DNA of 64,000 nucleotides. Source: Owenia fusiformis. Taxonomy: Eukaryota. The notes under the pieces are model-generated. The model was not told the DNA's origin. It saw nothing but the letters and a program-made list of their open reading frames with translations, and made no database searches. Below, in pieces: positions 42,005-52,800 of the stretch. The position numbers and the translations under genes are program-made. The stretch spans positions 23,188,001-23,252,000 of the forward strand of contig CAIIXF020000001.1 of the NCBI GenBank assembly GCA_903813345.2, in the 5' to 3' direction. Within the stretch, counting starts at the first letter, position 1. Every line of letters starts with the position of its first letter.

Positions 42005-42587
42005 CAGGGTGGTCAAAAAATGGCAACCCTGTGGTTTCCTCATATCTTTGTCATTTTAGAGAATTACTCCCTGATATTTTACACACTTGTACATCATTTA
42101 ATTTCCTATCAGCCTACCATATTTTATGACCATCAGACTGAAAGTCACACTGTTACAGCACTTTAAACAACATGCACTGGGTCTGGCCATCATCGCGCTA
42201 AGGCAAACCTGCACAAGTTGTCTTTGACCCAACTGCAATCCTCAGTAGGTATGGCCTGAATGACAATTATGACCTCCTTTTGGAGGTCTGTAATTGTCCT
42301 GGGGTTATTTTGTACACTTTATCTTTGGCATATCCCAAAGGAAGAAGACAGCTAAGAACATTTTGGACGACAGGTGCAGGTTTGCCCAAAGCGCTATATT
42401 GGCCTCTGGAGCATGTTGTTTAAAGTGCTGTAACATTGTAACTATCAATCTGATGGTCATGAAATATTGTAGGCTGGTGAGAGATTGAATGATGTACACA
42501 TGTACCAAATATCAGGTAGGACTTTACTAAAATGACAAAGATATGAGGAAAAGAGTGGCAGGGTTGCCGTTTTATTTGACCACCCTG
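42005..42587. mobile_element. Tc1/mariner non-autonomous element
   Basis: TA-CAGGGTGGTCAAA...TTTGACCACCCTG-TA with long imperfect inverted arms; related ends at ~56687-56825 and 57844. Confidence 0.75.
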
Positions 42588-43674
42588 TATAAAAAATACA
42601 GTATGATTTATACAAGTTGTTTAAGAAAGGAACCCAGTCTCTAACTCTGACTGTTCAAGTTATAGATTATTCTTATCTTTTTTTAATTTTGATGTATTTT
42701 ATGATCAAAGTAAGAGACTGAAGTTGATAGAGCATGTTCCAAGAGAAAAGGCAGGTTCTAAAAACAGGAGACAAAATAAAGCTAAATAGGAGATATGATA
42801 CTTTGCCAGTAGATTTCATTTTTAATAGTTTCAGTTCAAAAATGGCCTAAATAAATAATTTTCAGTAAATTTTAGTGAGGCAGTTGAGCCTCCCCTGCCT
42901 CATGGCCCTGGGAAGTATTGACACCAGGGGTTGAGCTGAGGTTCTGAGAGCAGCTGGCCAAAATAGCACTACGGACCAGTTGACATGTTATTTTCAATGA
43001 CCAGTAGACCAGCCCTTAGCTCAAGCCCTGATTGAATATATATTTTCTGATACTGACAATTATCAAAATTACTTGGAATATTGCTGTATTTTGCAAACAT
43101 TTAAATTGGTAATCCTTGTCAAAATTGTGAATATTCAAGTTGAAGCCGAATTAATCCAACTTAAAGTAGTATTCATGAAGACAATGGTTAGCATGCACAC
43201 ATGATAATTTCTTTCATGTACATGTATATCCAGTACAGAAAACTATCTATTACAGAAAACTATATGGGCTTAAAGGGCCTCATCCTCTTTTGTATACACA
43301 TGTATCTAAAGAAGTACAAAAATGTACAAAAAAAGGAACTTGGTATGATCCTGTACATTGCAAACTTTCCAGTCTTAACAGCAAAAGTGCAGTTTGGGCA
43401 ATTGATAATCCAGAAACTAGAGATTTACTTTACAGAAGCTTCAAAGAAATTATTTAGAATTGTGTATTGACAGAATGGTATCATTTATTTTTAGTGCTTG
43501 TTTATCAGTATAGTCCAGGACTGAAAAAGCTCCTCAAAGATTTTTTACCAAAACATGCTTTGGCTAATTGACATTTTAAAGACCTTCCAAAATTTAATAC
43601 ACTTTCCCTTGCTATCCCTTTAAATTACAGGTTGCTGCAACTTTATTTTTGAGTTTCTAGCAAGAGAAAATATA

Positions 43675-44722
43675 CTGAACTCCCAGTAATTTTTGCACGC
43701 TAGTATATTTCTTGTTTTTCGTGAGTTTTGGAAAATTCGCGAAATACAATGGCCACGAAATTCCTACAGTTCTAATTCACGAAATTTGATAGTAGCGAAA
43801 TTCCCAGGAAATTCCCGGGTATTTTAATATTGACAATATTTTCAGCGATAAAAGGTACGTAAAAAACATGACATTTCTAGTTTTGAAAAAGAGAAATTAG
43901 AAGAAAGGACGTTATTACTGTATCAAAATGAGCATTCTAACGAAATGGCTTAAAAAGGTAAAGATTAAAAGGTGGATTGGATCGAGTGGATTGGATTCAT
44001 GTAAAAGGTGGATTGGATTGGCTATCTTTAAAATATGGATTTTCCTTTAAAAAATTCTATTGATCTCCCTTTAGGAAGATTGGTGCTCTCTTCACTTGCA
44101 CAATGTCAATTAATAGATGTAATATTATTTTGCTTGGGTGGGCTAGAAGGATGACCTGGTACCCGCTTTCTGATACACGATCTTATTCATTCCAAGTGTA
44201 ATTTGAGACATTTCATAAATCATAAGGCAGACTGGTTTGAAGATCCATATCATCTGTTTTCAATCCAAACTGAACATACCAGAAATGATTTGTGAACATT
44301 CACACATTAATTTGAATGACAGGTTTTCTTTTTCTAAAGATCTATGTCTTACAAAAGTTGATTTATAAGGGAAAGCGGTTAAATACTTAAAAGTGTCCCT
44401 GAACTAATTGGAGTATGTATTTGTCATTGCTTTGTTCTGATTTCTCAAAAGGGACCTGTAATACTGTAGAGGGAAATTGTTAAGAGGGAGATCAACAGAA
44501 ATTTTTTTATAAGAAATTCCACATTTTGAAGATTCCCGATCCAGTCCACCTTTTACATGAATCCAATCCACTCGATCCAATCCACCTTTTAATCTCTACC
44601 CTTAAAAAAGACAAGTTGAAAGAGTGAGCCTGCAAGACAAATCATCCAAAATTAATAGTCGCGAAATTTCAAAATGCCAAATACGCGAAATATAATAGCG
44701 TCAATTATTAGTGGGATTACAG
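43675..44722. mobile_element. TA-flanked MITE with a second MITE nested at ~43955-44602
   Basis: Outer TA-CTG(A)ACTCCC..TAAT / ATTAGTGGGATTACAG-TA with CGCGAAAT repeats. Inner ~120-bp inverted arms GGTARAGATTAAAAGGTGGATTGGATCGAGTGG. Confidence 0.65.
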
Positions 44723-45545
44723 TATATAAAATATATTCCATATTCGAAGATAAAACATTTCCAAATATAAAATAAAACCAGGTTGATTAATATTGTCACA
44801 TTTATTAATACAAAATAATTTTATTGTGCGTAATTGTCATGGAGACAACTGTGACTAGTGTCATATAATACTATTGGTCACTTTGTTAAGTTTCTCACAC
44901 ATTCTGTACATATAACCATGTGATATCTAGAGCTCAAAAATCTACCAATTAAAAGGTATTTATTTAGGCTGTATTTACATGCATTTTTGACAGCGGTGCA
45001 AGTGAAATTGATACCATTGTATATTATTCAATAGTTTGACACAACAGTATTTCGCACATACTATTGTGGTATAACCACGATCTAGCTAACTTTTAGGATT
45101 AAGATCTTGCCCGCGATCAAAAAGCATGTACAAAAATGCAGCCTAAGGCTACACTGAGAACTAATGTAGAAATAATCCATTGGAATGACATATGAATACT
45201 GCAATGGCTACCATGCCATCTATATTATTTCAATGTTAATAATACTGGTTGTGCATATATTGAAACAGTTATATTCATCAGGAACTAAACTGTATAATCT
45301 AGACCCAATACATTGCTCTTGCATATTATGAGGTAACATTGTTGACATATATCCGTATTGATGTACAATCTCATAAACTGCAATAAATTCTACAGATATT
45401 CTGATTTGTTTGCGGGTGGTTGCCAAAAGGCAATTCAATTGTATATAAAAAGTGCAAAATCATTTTCAAAACTGTACTTGTTTTCTATTAAAATATTAAA
45501 CTATATGCATTCTAAATATTTCATTTACAACTCCTTAATAATAAA

Positions 45546-46197
45546 TCAATGTTTCAGACATCTGTCTATAAAATCATAGCACTGCTTCACATAAACCTCT
45601 GGGTGGGTTCTCATGTGTGAAACATGCCCAGAGTCCTCCCAACAGATACTGGAGACCTGAACTCGTAGGGATTTTCTATGTGCTATAACCTCGTCAACAT
45701 AACTGGACTCTGTGATATCATCAGCAGTGGAATACAAGAACAGCGACGGCCATCTTGATTGACAGTTGCGGAATCGAGCGTGAAAGCTATGAGCATCTAC
45801 ATCACTTTTTAGTCCAGTCTTACTGATCACAAAACGTAGTAGTACCGTCATAACAAGCCAGCTATAAACAATCATTCCAAATAACCAGCTTATGACAGGG
45901 TTCATGCCAATCATAGAACCTTTAAATGCCTTAAAGGCTGTGCTGATTTTCTTTGGGGCAGGACAACTATCGAAGATTGTTCCGCAAATGTTTAGACTCT
46001 TGTGCTCCTTCAATAGAATGTCTATCATGCTCTGATATAAGATTCCCCCACCGTTACTAAACACATGAAAGAATATCGGGTTTTTATCAAGGCTCAGATC
46101 ATACAAGAGCTCCAATAGTTTTTCAGCTATGGGTTGCATTTTACCGCTTCCAAAAAAAACCTTTTCAGTTGGTGCAGTGTAGCGAATAGTGATTGAC
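45546..46197 (-). CDS. TMEM53: TMEM53 (DUF829, alpha/beta-hydrolase-like) coding exon 2
   Basis: Acceptor TTTCAG|G at 46197, phase 2 matching exon 1. Family motifs IRYTAP, FFHVFSNGG, GTIFDSCP, LFLYSTAD, SGHVSH; hydrophobic segment WLFGMIVYSWLVMTVLLRFVI; TGA at 45548-45546. Confidence 0.93.
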
Positions 46198-46666
46198 CTG
46201 AAATCACAAATTGAAAAAATAAATAATAAGTACATGAAGAAACAGTGTAATCAGTGTTCCCAATTATTCTTCTCACAAAGGAACAACTAAGATGCTCCAA
46301 ATCTCAAGTTTAAAAATGACATAATAAACTCCTTGCGAACATAGACAGCCCTGATACTTTTCATAATGAGGGAAATAGATTTGGGGATATAAAGTAATAG
46401 TATTTTAAGTTTTTTTAGTTTTAGCCCTAAGAAATATCTGGGAGAGCAATGGCCAGGAAACAAAGCTGGACACAAAAGGTCAGCCTTGATATCGGAATCC
46501 AGAAAAATCTCTGGGAGGGAAATGGCTTTGAAACAAGGCGGTACACAAATAGTCAGCCTTGATGTCTAGAGTAAGTCATAGCTATTCAAATGAAAATATG
46601 GGATACTAGTGAAAAATTATAATTTAAAAAGCAACAAGTTGGATAAATTTTAATTTCGAAACTTAC

Positions 46667-46853
46667 CCTCGCTTTTCATAAAAGGCACTATATTTCGCTA
46701 AATATTTATCTTTACAACCAACCCAACCAAGCAAAATGACAACAGGCTCTTTCTCCTCAGATATACATTGATTCTGTTCGTTGCCATTGTCTTCTGAGGG
46801 TCTTTCAGACAGATTTAGTGACGGAAAAGTAACGTGAAACCTTCGTCCGCCAT
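46667..46853 (-). CDS. TMEM53: TMEM53 coding exon 1 (start out of frame, see findings)
   Basis: Encodes [27 protein letters not shown], matching the TMEM53 N-terminal motif. Donor GG|GTAAGT at 46667. ATG at 46853 in AAGATGGCGG context. Confidence 0.88.
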
Positions 46854-47309
46854 CTTTAAACAATCAAGACAAGAATGACCTTCAATTAATATTTTGAACT
46901 AAAATGTATTGATCGGAGCGGTTGTTAAATGAACTAAAAGCCTTTGTCATTAATTTGTTATGTTTTTATTTTACATATAAGAAATATCTTTTTTGTAATG
47001 TTATAAATCAAAAGAATATAAATAACTATTGCGTGCACTTTCACGTCACTTCAATCTCAATTTTGAAAAATATTGCAGACGAATTTGTTCCAAGTTGGAA
47101 GGTACTTGTAGGCCTAGTTATGAACTATTTATTTCAATAAGAATCAAATAACAACAGTGTGATTGAAAGCAACACTACTAACGAATTGGCCCTTGTATAT
47201 TCACGGGGAAGTCACTATCTAATTTTCTCAATGGTCTCATTTAGGCCTAGGCTAAAAATGATTTTGAATTTGATCTTAGCCTATTTACTATTTAGCCTAG
47301 GCCGAGACC

Positions 47310-49008
47310 CTATCTGTTGCAAGACTAACGCCTGGCGTAACCGTCACCATGTTATTTGGTGTTTTTTAAGTAGCGCAAGGATCCTGCCATGACCGTGGTT
47401 ATGTTATCGTGAAAGCCTGGTATAACCGCGACAATGCTGTATTATATTAAAATGCCTGCCATGACCGTGGTAGTGTAATCGTGTAAGCCTGGCGCGACCG
47501 CAACCTTTATATGACATTAATGACCCGTTGCTGTTGGTATTTTTTATGAATAAATCTTATTAATTGATCATTATAGAAAGTATATGCTTTCGAATCGAAG
47601 CTCTTTGAATGAGAGTAGAGATATAGTTTGTTCGCAAATTATTTATGAGTAAAAATTAGGTTTTCGTTGTGAAATTAATACACATTTTTAGTAGTCTTTA
47701 TTTACATATTTAAGGTAGTTAAACACGAAGAAAAATTGTCATTACAGGGTTCTCATGCTACTTTAAATACAACCACGGTCATGAGAGGCCTTGCAACTAT
47801 TGTCACGGTCATACGGGGCTTTAACATTACCACGGTCATGACAGGCCTTATAAGCATTGTCACGGTCATATTAGGCTTTAACATTACCACGGTCATGACA
47901 GGCCTTGCAATAATTTATGATTAGGACTGCTATAACCGTGACAATGTTTATAGAAAAGCCGGGCATGACCGTGACAATGTCATATAGTACTGCAAGGCCT
48001 GGCATGGTCGTGACCATGTAATACAGTACTGCAAGGCCTGGCATGACCGTGACAATGTAATATAGTATTGCAAGGCCTGGCATGGTCGTGACCATGTAAT
48101 ACAGTACTGCAAGGCCTGGCATGACCGTGACAATGTAATATAGTATTGCAAGGCTTGGTATGACCGCCGTGGCAGTGTAATGTAGTATTGCAAGTTCAGG
48201 TATGAAAGTGGTGATGTAGAAATTTATGATTAGGACTACTGCTATAACCGTGACAATGTGTATTGCAAAGCCTGGCATGACCGTGACAAGGTAATATAGT
48301 ACTGCAAGGCCTGGCATGACCGTGACAATATAATATAGTATTGCAAGGCTTGGTATGACCGCCGTGGCAGTGTAATGTAGTATTGCAAGTTCAGGTATGA
48401 AAGTGGTGATGTAGAAATTTATGATTAGGACTACTGCTATAACCGTGACAATGTGTATTGCAAAGCCTGGCATGACCGTGACAAGGTAATATAGTACTGC
48501 AAGGCCTGGCATGACCGTGACAATATAATATAGTATTGCAAGGCTTGGTATGACCGCCGTGGCAGTGTAATGTAGTATTGCAAGTTCAGGTATGCGAGTG
48601 GTGATGTAGGTGTTTAACTACCTTAATTATGTTAATATCAAAATTACTACTAGACATTATATTCACATTATTTCCGCATATTCTAAAATAATTAATCATT
48701 TACACAGAATAAGACAAGTTATTTGTGTCACGCTAATAAACAATTTATTTAAAAGTGGATAGTAAACAAATCACTTAACAAACAACAATAAAAAATTCTT
48801 AAATTAAACTTAAATGCTACGGCCGCGCCAGGCTTCCACGATAACACTCACGGTCATGACAGGCCTTGCAATATAATACAGCGTTGTCACGGTTATACCA
48901 GGCATACAAAATAACACTGCCACGGTCATGGCAGGATCCTTGCGCTACTTAAAAAACACTGAATAACATGGTGACGGTTACACCAGGCGTTAGTCTTGCA
49001 ATAGATAG
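47310..49008. mobile_element. ~1.7-kb foldback-type element with long inverted arms and an internal ~42-bp tandem array
   Basis: CTATCTGTTGCAAGACTAACGCCTGG... is mirrored at 49008, with further inverted blocks at ~47690/48650. Internal GCAAGGCCTGGCATGACCGTGACAATG repeats occur in both orientations. Confidence 0.75.
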
Positions 49009-49768
49009 CATGTGCCTAGGCCTCATCTTCTTAGGACTAACCTGAGCCCTAGGCTAGGCTAGATCTAATCTAGGCTAGGCTATTTTGCCTACCGTCAATG
49101 TTGCTTTGATCCCCACAAAACCAATCTATTATATTAGATATTACATGGACTTTCTGAAAGCCCATGATAAAGCTTACTGTAGCCTACATGTAGATACATT
49201 TGTAGATGGACTGTGTGTCAACCTGGGAACACCTACATGTAAAATTAGTGACTTACAAATGTTGAACACCTACCTTCAAATTGTGAACACCATGGTCCAA
49301 ATCTGGACACCTTGGTCCACATGAATGAACTGCGTTCGTTTTTCGTTGTTCGGTTTTCCGCCTTCCTTTATATATTTTAGAAATAGTAAAAAAAACTCCT
49401 CAGCAGGGCAATCAATTGGCAGATTGGGGACCAAACTAATTTTGTCAGAATTTTGAAAATATGTAACTTGCCGTTAGAACATGTACATGTAAGTCATTTA
49501 TTGAAACTAGATAAGACATTTTGAATGATTATTTTGTTGTTTATATATACCCCTCGCCTGAACTGCAAAATAAGAAAATTGCAAAATAATTTTTGATCAA
49601 TTTTTGTAAAGGTTAGGGATCTCTACAATAAGTTTACTGCATTTTCTTGTTTACAAATATGCTACCTTTTTCTTCAGCATTTTTCAACAATCAGAGCATA
49701 TACATGTACATATAGGCTAAGGGAGTAGCAGGGAGAAATCAGAGAAGCAGAGTGAGACAAGGGCAAAA

Positions 49769-49841
49769 ATGGCTAGCAGTTCTGTCCACGAGTTCTTGAC
49801 AGATGAAGAGGGAAACTTAGAACAAATAATAAACAACCTTG
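49769..49841 (+). CDS. SIX6OS1-like exon 1 (MASSSVHEFLTDEEGNLEQIINNL)
   Basis: ATG in AAAAATGG context; donor G|GTGAGT, phase 1. Confidence 0.75.
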
Positions 49842-52800
49842 GTGAGTCTTAATTGGTAACTTAATTATCCCAGTGAACTCATGCAATATTGTTTGTCTGT
49901 ATATCGCATGGTCATGATAACCAGTTGTGTTGACATTAAAATAGCACACATTAAATGTTGTTGATATTAACACACATGGCACAGGTAGAATAACATACAA
50001 GTAATTTGAATATATTTGAAATATCAATTATCGTAATAAATTTGCCCGTATCTGCCCAACTGCGTACACTTGTCATTTACTATTCCAGAGTTTGAAGTTC
50101 AACAATACATGCAGCTTATTGAGAAGGAGCAACAGCACATAGATGGTGAGTTGTGTAAAGGGGGAATATGTTTCGTAAAAATCGTGGCCCCTTTAATTTG
50201 AAGGGTGTGACTGGCTTAAAGATCAACTTTGGTGCAAATTACATTTTTACACCAAAAAATCGAATTGCCCAGATTTTGAGATTTCGCCATCAAATGTGCC
50301 AAATGAGAGTTTAACAGATTATATTTATGTTAAGATCTCGAGTCATAAATATACATTGGGATTTGGTAGTCCATCACTGGGCCATCATGGTGCTTGACAA
50401 TTTCTAGTCTTTCAAGGGGAAGACAAGTTATCCACCTCCTGTTGTGGGAGGTTTTGCCACTTGTGCCTAAAACCAGTGTAAAGGCTGACCCATTATTTCC
50501 ACTATAATTAGTGAAGTTTGATATATTTGTACAGAACTTCTAAAATATCAACATCATAAGGAACCAATTAAAAATCCACATACTCTTTTCAGTCTTACAG
50601 AAAGATGTTGAAGTTAAACATAGAGAAATAGACTCATTTGAAAAATCTACAGCTGAAATAAATGAAGAAACTAAGCGACTGCATAAACAGTTTGTGTGGA
50701 ACAGAGAAAACTGTGAAAGGTATGTTAACATTGCTGAATATATACATGAATATACATTTTGAAGTGGAATGAATGATTAAATGAAATAGCAATTTGATTG
50801 AATAAATGTAATTTCCTAGCGTTTTATTTATTTTCACCTTTTTAAAACATGGCATATATTGGTCTCATGAGTCATGAGCCATTAATAGCTAACTTTACAT
50901 TTTTATAATGATACTTTTTTATAGCCTCAAGAAAACAACAGCAGTTCTCTCAGAACATGAAGATGCATTGAACAAAAAACTTGGAGAACTCGTTGCTAAA
51001 CATGAGCAGGAAAGGTAGATATTATATTACATTAATAACAAATAATATTTTATAGGGTATAATTTTATATAAATGTGTAGCTGTTTTTCATACAGTTCTG
51101 CATTGTTTTAAAATCTCAATTTGAGATAATGTAAAGTATCAGGCATAATGTAGTCAAAATGCAGACCCCTTGTGTGGTAGGCAAAGTAAACTTTACACCC
51201 CGATTTACCTATCAGAATGAATTATTATCACTTACCAGGTCTCATTACATTACAGAGAGGAGAATGAAGTATTATTACTTACCAGGTCTCATTACATTAC
51301 AGAGAGGAGAATGAAGTATTATTACTTACTAGGTCTCATTACATTACAGAGAGGAGAATGAAGTATTATTACTTACTAGGTCTCATTACATTACAGAGAG
51401 GAGAATGAAGTATTATTACTTACTAGGTCTCATTACATTACAGAGAGGAGAATGAAGTATTATTACTTACTAGGTCTCATTACATTACAGAGAGGAGAAT
51501 GAGGTATTATTACTTACTAGGTCTCATTACATTACAGAGAGGAGAATGAAGTATTATTACTTACTAGGTCTCATTACATTACAGAGAGGAGAATGAAGTA
51601 TTATTACTTACTAGGTCTCATTACATTACAGAGAGGAGAATGAAGTATTATTACTTACTAGGTCTCATTACATTACAGAGAGGAGAATGAAGTATTATTA
51701 CTTACTAGGTCTCATTACATTACAGAGAGGAGAATGAAGTATTATTACTTACTAGGTCTCATTACATTACAGAGAGGAGAATGAAGTATTATTACTTACT
51801 ACAGTGTAGGTCTCATTAAATTACAGAGAGGAGAACGAAGTATTATTACTTACCAGGTCTCATTCCATTACAGAGAGGGGCATGAAGCGGTCTTGTCACA
51901 TTATGAACAACTTTGGGGGAAGTACCAGGAGAAATATGAGAGCTTTGATCACTGTAAGGAACTTGCAGAGAAGAAAGCTGAACTAAGGAGAGTGGAGAGA
52001 ACGATTGAAGAGGCAGATGAAAGAATCACTGATTTAACTGAGCAGATGAATCAACTGCAAACAGAGAGTGAATCAGATGACCCATTGTATGAAAATACAA
52101 ATGATTTTGTTGTCAAAGTGTATCCTTTGGTATCATACAGTATATATCATGTTAAGGTGCTATGGAAGTTAACAGGAAATGACAAAACAGGAAGTGAAAA
52201 GCCATGCTGGATTTTGAAAATTTTTTGAACCAAGATAACAGAGTTCTGTTTGGACCTCCAGTCAGTTTAACTAGTTCCACATATCATTTACATGACCAGG
52301 AACACAACGGAAATGGTAAGAATGACCATAAACATGATGAAATAACCTTTTCAGCCCTCTGAAAATGTGCCTGAAAAACAGCTAAGAGTAGGTGCTCAGG
52401 AAAGGTCACTGAACAGAATCTTTTGACTTTTTCAGAAAATCTGCCCAATATATTGCTTAAAATGATACAATTTAAAAAAATTTGATATCATTCTTAGAAA
52501 AAGAAAAAAATTAAAAAAACTGAATCGAAAATTGATCAATTTACCTTTTTACTACAGCCATTATTGTTTCAGACAATTTTTTAAAATTTTAAAGATTGTA
52601 TCATTTAGAGCAATATATTGGACACGTTTTCTGAAAAAATCGAAAGATTCTGTTCAGTGACCTTTCCTGAGCACCTACTTTTAGCTATTTTTCAGTCACA
52701 TTTTCAGAGGGCTGAAAAGGTTATTTTATTATTTTTATGGTCATTCTGACCATTTCCATTGTGTTCCCAGTCATGTAAATGATATGTGGAACTAGTAAAA

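Noticed and set aside
47871-48512. 213-aa hydrophobic ORF resembling a multi-pass membrane protein
   Set aside because: It is the translation of the internal tandem array of the foldback element.
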